A stretch of 36,980 nucleotides of DNA from a bacterium (GTDB taxonomy: Bacteria > Patescibacteriota > Gracilibacteria > BD1-5 > JAGOOR01), in NCBI GenBank assembly GCA_031973055.1, contig DALYDS010000002.1, positions 1-36,980 of the forward strand, in the 5' to 3' direction. A model generated the notes under the pieces. That model did no database searches and was not told the DNA's origin. It saw only the letters and a program-made list of their open reading frames with translations. Of the stretch, positions 19,326 to 29,879 are shown one piece after another. Every line of letters starts with the position of its first letter. The stretch's first letter is position 1. A program made the position numbers and the translations under genes.

Positions 19326-21183
19326 TATGAAGAAACTGTTTTTTGTTGTGGCTACTCTTATTTTTTTGAGTAAAACGTTTGCGCTCGATACTTCGTGTTT
19401 ACTCGTTAAGAGCCAGCCTATCACTGTATCTCCAGGAGAAATCGTTGAGGTAGAAAATTACTTTGAGATATACCCAGTACAGTGAATAGAAATAGCGCCT
19501 CTCAAACTGCTCAATGAAAATTCCGCGACAGAGTATTATGACTATTCTATCGTCAAATCGAGTGGACTAAAGAATCCGACATGATCATACCTCTCAGATA
19601 ACAACCCTGCAACATTTATTCAATTTTCAGAAAATCCTAAGTCCATCACTCTCAAACTCGATACAGCCGTAACAGCGGGAGATTTTAGTTTTTTTCTTGA
19701 TGCTGACGTGTTTGATTTGGCAGAAATAGAAATTTCTAGTGATGGAAAAAAATTCGAAGCCATTCTCCTCTCTGATATAGAATACTTCTCATTCTGATAT
19801 ATTCGGCTATCATTTGTCGACACGCTCAAAAATTCGAAAACGACTCTTTTTGCACCAACAAAAATTCGAGATATTCTCTTTTCAAAAAAAGAACTCCAGA
19901 CATACCTCGTAAAGAGTAATTCATCTGAACCAATATCTATTTATACACAGCTCAATTGTGAAAATGCAGATATAAACAAGGAACTTGCAGCTGCGTATCA
20001 AAAAGGTGAAACAACAAAAATGAGCACTAGTATTAATACGAGAAAAGTAGACACGATGATGAGTAAAAATGAAAACTATAATGCGGACAAAGATGGCGAT
20101 AGTATTCCAAATAATGTAGACAACTGTCCTCTCAAATCAAACAAAGACCAAAAAGACACAGACAAAGATCTCGTAGGTGATGTCTGTGATGTCGATCCAA
20201 AAAATCGTAATCCTCTCCTCGGAGACAGCGATTTTGATGGTGTCGATGATGAGCGCGATAATTGTCCATTTACGAGAAATGCTGACCAGAGAGATGAAAA
20301 CTCTAATGGACGATGAGATGCTTGTAGTGATGATGACGGTGATGGATGGCTCGGTTCTGTCGACAATTGTCCGAGTGTGCCAAATGCGGACCAAAAAGAT
20401 GTGAACGTAAACAATATAGGCGATGTCTGTGAATCCGATCGCGATAAGGATGGTTTTTTTGATATCATGGATGTCTGCCCATCGATTCCCAATGCTGACC
20501 AAAAAGATTCAGATTCTGATGGAATAGGCGACCTCTGTGACAACTGTAACCGATACAATCCAGACCAGAGAGACGAGAATGATGACAAAAAATGAGATGT
20601 CTGTAGTGAATGGGAACTCTATGAAAAATCTCATGATGATGACAAAGATGGTGTCATAAATTGGGATGACAGCTGTCCAAAAATTGCCAATCCAAAAATC
20701 AAAGCCATGCATGCAAAAACTGGCAAAGAAGAAATTATGCAACCAGATAGAGATTATGATGGCGTTGGCGATGTCTGTGATAACTGTATAGATATCCAAA
20801 ACCACGACCAGGCTGATATCAACAAGAACAACCAAGGGGATATGTGTGAAGATATGGATGGCGATGGTCGACAATCATACCAGGATAATTGTCCTCTCGA
20901 TAGTAATGCAGACCAGGCTGACAAAAACAATGATGGAGTTGGCGACCTCTGTGACGATACAGATGGTGACAGCATACGTGCGTCGATTGATAATTGTCCT
21001 TATATCTACAATCCGGAACAACTCGATTCAGACAATGACAAACGAGGTGATAGGTGTGATGAAAAAGATGACCGATTTCTAGAGTCAAATAAGGGCGTCT
21101 TTGTGGCGATATTCGCACTCATCGGTATTGGTATGCTCGCGGGTATAATTGTTCTCGGAAAAAAACTTCTTTCGTCACATTAA
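19326..21183 (+). CDS. Surface protein with thrombospondin type 3 (Ca-binding) repeats and a C-terminal TM anchor; apparent 1-nt frame offset near 19485-19500
   Basis: The body (frame 1) is open from 19495 to TAA at 21181-21183. It crosses TGA at 19582, about 19795, 20314 and 20593, and includes track ORFs 20020..20316, 20377..20595 and 20707..21183. A signal peptide ORF (MKKLFFVVATLIFLSKTFA, ATG 19326) lies in frame 3. By my count it is offset by one nucleotide from the body. The first in-frame start of the body alone is GTG at 19708. Repeats of the form DxDxDGxxDxxDNCPxxxNxDQxDxD..GDxCD are present. The C-terminal helix is VFVAIFALIGIGMLAGIIVL. Confidence 0.6.
20080..21075 (+). repeat. Array of about 9-10 TSP3-like Asp-rich Ca-binding repeats
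   Basis: The recurring unit is NCP-x3-N-x-DQ-x-D-x-(D/N)-x-D/N-G-x-GD-x-CD, for example DNCPLKSNKDQKDTDKDLVGDVCD, DNCPSVPNADQKDVNVNNIGDVCE, DVCPSIPNADQKDSDSDGIGDLCD, DNCPLDSNADQADKNNDGVGDLCD and DNCPYIYNPEQLDSDNDKRGDRCD. Two of the conserved Gly residues are encoded by TGA. Confidence 0.8.
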
Positions 21184-21196
21184 TTTTTTATTTTTT

Positions 21197-24100
21197 ATGA
21201 AAAATCCTCTCAATAAGCTCGCCTGGGCAGCATCTCTCGCCCTTGGATTTCCAGTGGGAAATTCTATTATATCGCTCTCATTTGGGTATATAGAATGGGG
21301 ATGATTTCTTTCTGTTTGGGTGTGAGTATTGGCTGGCATACTCATCAAGTTAGCATTTTTCCCTGAAGATGTTTTCGATAGTCTCTCAGTTCGAACATGA
21401 ACTAAAAAAGTAATAAAAGAAGAACTCGAACCCAAGATAGATGATATATCGCCTGTCGTAATAAAAGAAAAATCCCGAGCAAAAGAAAGACTAGAGCCTG
21501 TCATCTACGAAAAACCAAAACCACGAAAACCAAATGCCCTTGTGAGCTGGTTTGCCGAAAACACACTCGCCAAAGTCGGAGGGCTCCTTATTTTTCTGGC
21601 GATTATAGCTTTTTTGAGTGTCATCTATACTCAAATCGGACCTGTGGGGCGACTCGTTATCAGTATATGAGTATCCCTGAGTATCTACGGTGTTGGTGTC
21701 TATCTCTTTTCAAAAAAAAGCTTTGTCCATGAATCTCAGATTGTTCTCGGTGTGAGTGTGGCTGCGCTTTATCTCTCACTTCTCTACATATTTCGAGTTC
21801 CCGTATTTTTGGAAAGTTTTGGTGCAAACTTACCCTATATTGTTCTCGGACTTCTCACGATAGCAGTGATATGGTGATCAATGACGGGTATGATTTTTGG
21901 TTCGACTTCTCTCTTTACTTTCTCGATTGCCCTAGCCTATATCAACCCATTTTTGATTGGGGCAAATCTTTCTACCATTCAATTTCTCATCTATATCATA
22001 TTGATTTCTGGCGGAGCTATAGCCACAGCTCTATATCTGGTTTTACAAAAAAAAGAAGATTCTCTAGCATCCATAGTTCTCCACATAGCTTTCTGGTGAT
22101 CGCTCGTCCTCATCGGATGGGTCAGCACAAATACTGCCTATGAATTTAATAGCGTCCTGGTCGTAATAGTAGCATTGACGGGGGCAACGAGTTGGGGAGC
22201 GAGTTTTTTGAAAGGTACGAAATCTCTCAGTATTTTTCTGATTGCTGGAGGTGTGAGTCTTTTTTTGACGATGTTGTGAACTGAGATTTATAATACCCTG
22301 AGCTGATCAATTGTGTTGGGCGCTAGTATGATTTGTATTTTTGGAATGCTCGGAAAATATAAGATGAAGCTCGGTGTAGGCACGTTGATAACTATTTTTA
22401 GTTTACCTCTTGTCCTCTGGGTGGCATGATATATTACTGGTTTTTGGTTTACTCCCGTTATAGCGTTTGGTGGCATGATACTCCTCTATGCAGTATTGCT
22501 GATGATTTTTACAGTTATACCTTCATGGTTTAGTTCGATTCTTTTCGTACTCTTCGGTGTAGCGGGTGTTTTCTTTACTCCAGGATTATTTGTCGATATC
22601 AGTCTGACTTCTCGCTATCTCTTGATGGCTATTGGTGTATTTTTGTTCGCATTTGGACATTATTTTACACTCAAGAGAAATATATCAGTCACTCCTATTA
22701 TTCATACCTTGACCAGTCTCGGACTCCTCGCGCTCAATCGTCCTGGCGCAGCTCCATTCTGGGCAATACTGGCAGTATCTCTCCTGACATTGGCAACAAT
22801 AGGCATCAGTTTTTATGCTTATAACAAAAAACTTCAGAGCTCTCTCGACCATATACTCGTACCAATTATCGGCGCTGCAAGTCTCGTCGGGACGCTCCTG
22901 TATTTCTGAACTATTCAGGCTCACTGGTGAATAGCTCTGGGTTGAATATTGCTCGTCGTAGCAGCTGTCTATATCTGAGCGTTTATGGTATTTTTGAAAC
23001 CACTGCAACAAAAAGTGGAACAATATATGACCGTCACGTATCTCGCGATTGCTACAAGTATTATTACCCTCGCGATTGCCTATCTCTTCTCTGATTATGA
23101 AAGCGCCAAGACACTCGCCTGGATCATAGAAGCCTCTCTGATATTCACTGTCTATGCTCGATTTACAAACCCCTGGGTACTCACCGGTGCTATCCTTGTA
23201 CAGATTGTGGGTATAAGCCAATTCGCCATTATGGGACCAGAATTACCCGAAGATATGGCTGTATTTGCTGTGGTATTTCTCTCATCATTTTGGAATATTT
23301 GGTCACTCCGAAATATCGCTACCGACAAAACATGGGCTGCAGAAATCGTATTATTTATCAGTACATGTATCTGGTATACGGCTCTTCTTTTTGAAGCTAA
23401 CTGGTCTTCAAAAGATTTCATAATTGTCTCAGAGATTCTCATCATGCTCCACACAATACTCCTCGCTCATGCATTCAAAAAAGTATATTTCTCAGGACTC
23501 ATGGTTGTATCAATTATGTTCCTGACAGTTTTCATAGAAACAATGGACGGAGATAAGTGGCTCTATTTTGTGGCTCCTTTTTGTTTATTTGTCTCCCAAT
23601 ACTATTTTGCAAAAAAACAACCAGGTATTTTCGCGAAAATGCAGTGGCTCATAGTAGGAATAGGGACATTTATTGTATCGAGCTTTTGGGTCGATGGTCA
23701 CTTCGCCAATCAATATATGCTCACCATCTGGTGGTCTCTCTGGATCGGAGGACTCCTCACGATAGGCATAAATCGCCAGATATCCATCCTACGTTCGCTT
23801 GGACTCATGGTTTACCTCCTCACACTCGCCAAAATACTTTTCGTTGATTTAGGACGTATTTTTTCTTCAAATGAAGGATCTGGCGTCTATGTGGGAATAG
23901 GAATCATTATGCTCCTCGGTATAGTCTCAATAGGGCTCTCTATGCTCTACAAAAAATTGATGGGTGACGGAGCGCTCAAGAGAGATTTTCTCTTTCAAGG
24001 CGGTGCAACAGAAAAAGAAAACATAAAAGACATACTCCTGAGGCTCAATATATCAAACATCAAAAGTGTTTCTTTCTCTTCTCCAAATGAAAAGCCAGTT

Positions 24101-24313
24101 CAGTCAGGAGAGTCTGAGAATCTGAAACGAATAGCACTCTACATAGTCAAAACAACAAAGAAAAACATATTTGAGCCTGGAGAGCTCGATGAATTTTATT
24201 CTCTCATTGCTCCTGTTATTGAGAGTAAATATGGTTCTGATGCGCTCACAAAAGGGAAGGCTATGATGAAAAACTTCGCCAAAAAAGGAGGTACTATCGA
24301 AATAAAATCATAA
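21197..24313 (+). CDS. Very large polytopic membrane protein (1,038 aa), DUF2339-like
   Basis: ATG at 21197. Track ORFs 21881..22099, 22475..22909 and 22985..24313 are in the same frame. The gaps contain only TGA (13 in total), and the stop is TAA at 24311-24313. After a charged linker comes SWFAENTLAKVGGLLIFLAIIAFL, then more than 20 hydrophobic helices and a soluble C-terminal domain of about 110 aa. Confidence 0.65.
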
Positions 24314-25147
24314 ATGAGCAGCTTCTTTCGACTCTTATTAATAGTACTTCTCCTGGTGTGAGGAGGTTTTTCGTTCTGGTATTTTTCAAAAGCTCCAAGT
24401 CTCGACCGTGATTGGAATGATGATCAAAAAATACTCGCCGAAATATCATTTAATGGAACAAAAATTGGACTCAAAAATGGTCGTAATTTTGATTACAAAA
24501 GTGAAAAAGAATTCACGATAGATTACTATGATGCTCATTTTGATACAACCAAATTGAGCCGTGCATGGTATATCATTGAGCCCTTTGGTGAGAGAGATGG
24601 ACCAGCACACACCATGCTCGCTTTTGATTTCAGTGATGGACAACACGTGGCTGTATCAGCAGAAATTCGAAAGGAAAAAGGAGAATCTTTTGATGCTCTC
24701 AAGTGACTCTTACGACAATACGAGCTCGTCTATATGATAGGTGATGAGCGTGATCTCATCGGTCTACGGAGTAACTATAGGCGAGATACCGTCATTATGT
24801 ACCCTCTCAAAATCCAACCAGACAATCTCCCAAAATTTTTTAACTCTGTCATGGAAAGAGCACAGAGACTCTCAGTACAGCCAGAATGGTACAATACGAT
24901 TACCAATACCTGTACAACAGCAATACAAAATCATGCCAATCTCCTCCTCCCAGACGATAAAAAAATACCCTGGAGCAAACAAATACTCCTCCCCAAGTAC
25001 TCTGACGAAATCGCTTATAATCTAGGACTTATTGATACCAAATTATCTCTCGAGGAAGCTCGCAAATATTACACCATCAACGAACGTGCTCTCGGTGCTG
25101 ATAAAGAAAAAGATTTTTCTCGTAAAATACGTCCAGAAATCCGATAA
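24314..25147 (+). CDS. DUF4105 (Lnb N-terminal periplasmic domain) family protein
   Basis: ATG at 24314 directly abuts the upstream TAA. There are TGA at 24359 and 24704, and the track ORF 24734..25147 is in the same frame. The protein has a TM helix, then DRDWNDDQKILAE...NGRNFDY...GPAHTMLAFDFSDGQHVAVSAEIRKEKGESFDALK[G]LLRQYELVYMIGDERDLIGLRSNYR...PEWYNTITNTCTT. Confidence 0.7.
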
Positions 25148-25184
25148 AAGTGGACAGCAACGAAGAAAAAAATACAATATTTAT

Positions 25185-25553
25185 ATGAAAATAATATTGA
25201 TTCGACTCCTTCTCGCCATTGGAGCTATGGCTATCCTCGGATGAGTCATAATTGGTACAAACAAATACCTCGACAACAAAAAACTCCAAGATCGTCTCTC
25301 TCAATTCACAGGAGAATATGCTGAACTCGCTCAAAAATGTCTCTGAAAAGAAGATGGTATCACCTGTTGTATCAGCTCTGTCCAATCCATGCAGGATGCT
25401 CAAGCAACTCTGACACCAGAAAAATGATGTCCTGACGGCAGTGTCGTGAATTCTCTGAAGTGTATTAGTTCGTATGCTTGGTGTGAAAAAAAAGACCTCA
25501 AACCAAAAGACCTCAAATGAGCACCACCGAAAGAAATCATCAAATACTATTAG
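25185..25553 (+). CDS. Small secreted or membrane-anchored Cys-rich protein (122 aa)
   Basis: ATG at 25185 with an N-terminal helix (MKIILIRLLLAIGAMAILG). There are four in-frame TGA and 7 Cys (CL, CC, CPDG, C, C). The stop is TAG at 25551-25553, which overlaps the convergent yhhQ-like stop. Confidence 0.45.
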
Positions 25554-26164
25554 GCTCCTTTTTTCATAAAGGCGACAACACGATAGGTAACAGGAGTAAA
25601 GAGGGCTTCGATGGCGACTTTAAAAATGATATTTGAAAGTGCGAGGGCAAATAAATCAGCATGCCCCATGGTGCCAAGAAATGCTATCAAACAAAAGACT
25701 GTGCTGTCGAAGGTCTGTCCAACAAGTGTCGAACCAATGGTTCTCATCCAGAGCCATTTTGTGCCAGTTATTTTTTTGATGGCCAAAAGTGTCCATGCAT
25801 TAGAAAAAGTACCAGCCAGGTAACCAAATATGCTACCGAGAGTGATACGAGGGACGAGTCCGAGAATAGTCTCATAGCTTATTTGATTCTCCCAGAAACT
25901 CGCTACTGGAAGTACTTGAACAATATAGAGAATGAGAGCATTGAGGACGATACAAGCGAATCAGAGAAGAATCACCTTACGGGAAACTTTCCAACCATAC
26001 ACTTCTGCAAAAACATCACCAAAAATATATGACAAAGGGAAGAGAATAGTACCTGCATCGAGAGTGAGTCCCGCAAATTGGGTCATCTTGGTCGAAGCAA
26101 TATTGGAGATGATAAGTATGACACAGAAAAATGTCACCAGGGTAGCAAATCGAAAAGAATTCAT
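25550..26164 (-). CDS. yhhQ: Queuosine-precursor transporter, YhhQ/DUF165 (VUT) family
   Basis: Track ORFs 25961..26164 and 25550..25786 share the same minus frame and are joined by TGA (tca at 25961). The sequence reads ...ILFPLSYIFGDVFAEVYGWKVSRKVILL[G]FACIV...KWLWMRTIGSTLVGQTFDSTVFCLIAF.... Confidence 0.75.
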
Positions 26165-26199
26165 GCGCTGGAGTGTATTGTCTGATACTCAGAAGTCAA

Positions 26200-27528
26200 T
26201 TAATGACTTTTTATCCATTCTACGAGTGAAGTAAGAGAGTTATGTGTCACGACAGACAGTCCGCTTATTTCTTGGTATTTTGATTGTGATGCTGGGATAT
26301 GAATGGTTTTAAATCCGAGTTTTTTTGCTTCTTCCAGACGTTTTTCGAGTTGTGCAACAGGCTTGATAACTCCTGTCAGAGATATTTCTCAGAGAAAGAG
26401 GGCATGGTCGAGTGGTTTTTTCTGGTCAGAAGAGAGAAGTGCTGCCACTATAGCAAGATCGACTGCCGGTTCGCCAACCGAAAGTCCGTGAGAGACATTC
26501 ACATAGACATCATCAGAATCGAGATTGATGCGGCCAAATTTGGCGATAGTCGCCAAAAGGAGCTCTACTTTTTGGCTTGAAATACCTCTTGCTGATCTCT
26601 TTGGATAGGGGTATTTTGTCGAATGTGTCAGAGCTTCTATCTCCATAATAACTGGTCGATTGCCCTCGAGGGCTATCGTCAGAGCTGAGCCAATTTGAGG
26701 GGTTGTCTTGAGCATACCTTCGGCTGGATTTTTGAGATCGAGGAGGCCGAATTCACCCATTTCAAAGAGTCCAATCGCATCTGTCGGACCAAAACGATTT
26801 TTCATAGCTCGGAGAATTCTATAACTCTGGTATCGATCTCCTTCGAGGAAGAGAACGGTGTCGACGAGGTGTTCGAGAGTCTTTGGGCCAGCCAGATCGC
26901 CATCTTTCGTCACATGTCCGATGAGAATAACAGCGGTGTTGGTATTCTTCGCAAAATGCATAAACGTCTCAGCAATAGACCGAATCTGGGCCATACCACC
27001 ACTGGAACCACCTTGAGATTCAGAGTAGAGGACACTCACAGAATCTATAATCACAATAGGGTGTGGGGCAGATTGAAGAGTGGCAATGATATCTTCGAGT
27101 ATTTCTCCATGAAAAAAATGGATATTGGGATTAGAAACACCGAGACGGTGAGCTCGGCCAGCAATCTGCTCCTCTCATTCTTCGCCAGAGACATAGAGAA
27201 CTGGAGTTTTTTCAGAGGCACACCATTGAGCGAGTTGGAGGGTCAGTGTCGACTTTCCAATACCGGGTTCACCCGATAGGAGAGTGAGACTTCCGCGTAC
27301 CAATCAGCCTCCGAGGACCGAAGCAAGTTCGACACTTTCGACACTCAGACGAGTATGGGATGTCGAACGAGGATTGAGTATTACGACATCTCCTTTTTTC
27401 CCAGATACTTTTTGTTTTCATGAAACTTTGACGACTTCTTGTTCAGAAAGAGTATTCCACTGTCCACACTGAGGACACTGACCTGACCATTTGAGCTGAG
27501 CATGGTGACAATTGGAACAAGTAAACAT
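26200..27528 (-). CDS. radA: DNA repair protein RadA/Sms
   Basis: ATG at 27526-27528. It has the zinc finger CSNC...CPQC, LGG[TGA]LVRGS, Walker [11 protein letters not shown], the KNRFG motif (MKNRFGPTD) and a Lon-like C-terminal domain. The track ORF 26389..27054 is the core. It is extended across TGA (tca at 27418, 27304, 27175, 26389) to TAA at 26200-26202. Confidence 0.95.
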
Positions 27529-27574
27529 ACCTCCATTGTATCCAAAATAGAGAGAATTCTAGCCCTTTGATGAA

Positions 27575-28033
27575 TTATCTAAGAGCTTTTTGGATATCTC
27601 GAAGAGTTTCCGCTATCTCCTCTTCTGTCATGACATATCTAGTCGTATGATAATGATCCAAATCACCCACTGCTACTTCAGGAATAACGTGAAAATGAGT
27701 ATGAAAAACGCTTTTATTTTTGGTATTTCCGTCACGAACAAGCAAAGAGATATTTTCGTATCCGAGATTTTTTAAAACTTTGATAGCTACTTTTTGAAGA
27801 GAAAATATATCAGACATTTCCTCCGAGCTCAGCTCTGAAATTTGTCCAATATGACGATGTGGTATGACCAGTAAATGGTGTTTATGATATGGGGAACGTG
27901 CGTATGTCAAAAAAGCGTGTTGGGAATCAAGTATAATTTTTTCTTTACCGCCACAAAATGGACAGTGGGTGGAGGCTTGTAAAAAAGTACTATACGTAAT
28001 CCTACATTCCGGTTGTATTTCTCGTATTAACAT
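27575..28033 (-). CDS. HIT-family (histidine triad) nucleotide hydrolase/transferase
   Basis: An intact 152-aa ORF with the triad HTHFHVIP, an N-terminal CPFCG, and a genuine TAA stop. Confidence 0.85.
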   Translation of the reverse strand: MLIREIQPECRITYSTFLQASTHCPFCGGKEKIILDSQHAFLTYARSPYHKHHLLVIPHRHIGQISELSSEEMSDIFSLQKVAIKVLKNLGYENISLLVRDGNTKNKSVFHTHFHVIPEVAVGDLDHYHTTRYVMTEEEIAETLRDIQKALR

Positions 28034-28035
28034 AA

Positions 28036-28458
28036 TTATACTCTAAAAGTTATTTTGAGGTCAGCTACGTATCATAATATACCCGTTACAACTGATGAAA
28101 TAGTACGAGCCCACACATAATGAAACGCGAGATAGTGTATGAGGCCATAAGTTATAAAAAGAATGGCTATCAGAGAATAGAGAGCTATGATGAGAAATCG
28201 TAGGTATCCTTTTTTGAAATGCACAGAAGAACGAAATGTCCATCGCTTATTCACATAAAACCCTATAAATGATTCCGCAATGAACGCAACTGCACAAGAA
28301 AGAAGATAATGAACTCAGAAAAATCTCGTAAAAAACCAAACTAAAATCAAATTAGCTGCCAACATCAAAAAACCAGCAAAGGTATAACGGCTAAATTGAT
28401 GGATGTGGTGCTTATGATGATGTGAGAGAGCAGGTTTGTGAGCGGCGATAAAAGTCAT
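28036..28458 (-). CDS. GtrA-family membrane protein
   Basis: ATG at 28456-28458. The frame of track ORF 28072..28254 was extended across TGA (tca at 28315 and 28072) to TAA at 28036-28038. It has four hydrophobic helices and the GtrA hallmark NKRWTFR. It ends 2 nt before the HIT start. Confidence 0.65.
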
Positions 28459-28517
28459 GCTTTGAATTTATGAGCATAACTTAGCATAAATAATTTAACA
28501 TGTCAAGTTATATTTTT

Positions 28518-28913
28518 CTACTCGAAATCTTTTCTCTCAAAAAAATCACGGTGATGTTCTTGTCCGAGAGGTTGATGAACGTGTTTGATGGCACAACTAT
28601 AGAGCTCCATTTGATTAACAACAGCCTTGGCGTAAGCAACCAAGCCATTAGCGTATTCACAGTAGAGACAGTTAAATTTTTGCCAAAATGTCAGTCGTGC
28701 TAACTTATAACGATCTAAAACAATATATTTTTTTCTCTCTATAAATGGTATTTCGAAAATACGAAAATAAATATTTTGGAATTGATACAAAAATATATCC
28801 ATCAAAACCAGCGGAACAATACAAATATAAGAAGAAATTGCGGCTACAATATCGAGAATTCTGTTGGAACAATCAAATTTGAGACCTTGTCCTGGAATAA
28901 CATGTTTAACCAT
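28518..28913 (-). CDS. Hypothetical membrane protein with a conserved Cys motif (NCLYCEYANG...SCAIKH)
   Basis: An intact 131-aa ORF ending in TAG. It has one or two N-terminal helices followed by LDRYKLARLTFWQKFNCLYCEYANGLVAYAKAVVNQMELYSCAIKH. Confidence 0.55.
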   Translation of the reverse strand: MVKHVIPGQGLKFDCSNRILDIVAAISSYICIVPLVLMDIFLYQFQNIYFRIFEIPFIERKKYIVLDRYKLARLTFWQKFNCLYCEYANGLVAYAKAVVNQMELYSCAIKHVHQPLGQEHHRDFFERKDFE

Positions 28914-28962
28914 AGTGAAGAATAATTATAAATTTAATATACAGTATTTTAAATCTAAAATC

Positions 28963-28986
28963 AAAAAAACACCCATTATTTGAGTG
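28963..28986 (-). terminator. Weak candidate rho-independent terminator downstream of tRNA-Leu
   Basis: On the minus strand it reads CACTC-aaataat-GGGTG followed by TTTTTTT (plus-strand A-run at 28963-28969). The stem is only 5 bp and includes one G-U pair. Confidence 0.3.
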
Positions 28987-29035
28987 CTTTTGAGTAACTC
29001 GAGGTTGAGGTCCTCGATGTATGTAAGTAAAACAA

Positions 29036-29120
29036 TGGTGCCCAAGAGAGGACTCGAACCTCCATGCCTTGCGGCGCTACCACCTCAAGGTAGTGCGTCT
29101 GCCAATTTCGCCACCTGGGC
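29036..29120 (-). tRNA. tRNA-Leu (anticodon GAG), type II with long variable arm, CCA encoded
   Basis: The reverse complement is GCCCAGG-TG-GCGAAATTGGCAGACGC-A-CTACC-TTGAGGT-GGTAG-CGCCGCAAGGCAT-GGAGG-TTCGAGT-CCTCT-CTTGGGC-A-CCA (85 nt). It folds as a cloverleaf with a 7-bp acceptor stem, a T-loop TTCGAGT and an anticodon loop T-T-GAG-G-T. Confidence 0.9.
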
Positions 29121-29141
29121 ATTGTATGGTGTACTATAAGA

Positions 29142-29834
29142 CTATTTTTCGTTTTTCAAGTTTTTTGCTTTTTCTTCCTTACTTTTGAGATATTCACGGA
29201 TAACTTCTGACGCTGCGGCTTGACCTCCGAGGCCAAAAGCGAGGCCAAAAGCGAGGCTCACTGCCGACACAAAACCAATCAGAATAGAACGAACGAGATA
29301 TTCAGGTATGATCTCAATGGGACCAGTATTGATGAGATTAATAACTATAGCAAAGATAAAAAACAAAAACAAAACAACAGTGATGTTAGCAATGATAACA
29401 GCAGTTCTCGGGTTTTCGAAATTGACTGTATTAAAGACAATATTGTACATGGTTCGAGAGGTTTGAACTCCAAGAAATGTGATAAATACAGCCAAGAAAA
29501 GATAAGGAAGGTAACTGACAACACTATTGAGAAATTTTTCCACTTCTGTGTATCCTGCGAGCTCTACCGCACTTCGGAGAAAAAGTATAAAAATAGAGAC
29601 AGCGATATATTTACCAACTGCTTTGGGAAGAGGATCGCTCCCAATTTTTGTTCCATGTCACAAAAAACGATGGAGGAGATTTTCTAAACCGGTTGAATGG
29701 AGAAACCAAACAATAAAATAATAGGCTACCACAGAAGCGCCCATTCCGAGCAAAAGACGCTGTCATCCCATCACCCAGGGAGATTGTGTCCAATCAGAAC
29801 CAAGAAAATAATAAAGATTAAAAGAATCATTCAT
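29142..29834 (-). CDS. Hypothetical polytopic membrane protein (possible 'conserved TM helix' / MscS-N-like family)
   Basis: Track ORF 29142..29543 was extended upstream in frame across TGA (tca at 29658 and 29763) to ATG at 29832-29834. The in-frame TAG at 29880 is the uvrB stop. The protein has 4-5 helices and a Lys/Glu-rich C-terminus. Confidence 0.5.
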
Positions 29835-29879
29835 AGAAACAGTGTATACTATTTTATCAGTCTGTGCAAATCTGGAGAA

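Noticed and set aside
20076-21118. Several minus-strand and alternative-frame ORFs lie across the TSP3 repeat region (20076..20588, 20137..20502, 20509..20874, 20754..20975, 20819..21118, 20177..20404, 20846..21082).
   Set aside because: They are products of the repetitive GAT/GAC-rich sequence. Only frame 1 on the plus strand yields the canonical Cys-spaced TSP3 repeats and continues to a TM anchor.
26695-27279. A plus-strand 194-aa ORF lies opposite radA.
   Set aside because: It is antisense to an unambiguous RadA frame (Walker A, KNRFG) and has no motif of its own.
28995-29020. The hairpin TCGAGG-ttgaggt-CCTCGA next to the tRNA has a loop string identical to the tRNA-Leu anticodon loop.
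   Set aside because: It lies on the opposite strand from the tRNA, is short, and has no further tRNA-like features. It is most likely a coincidence.
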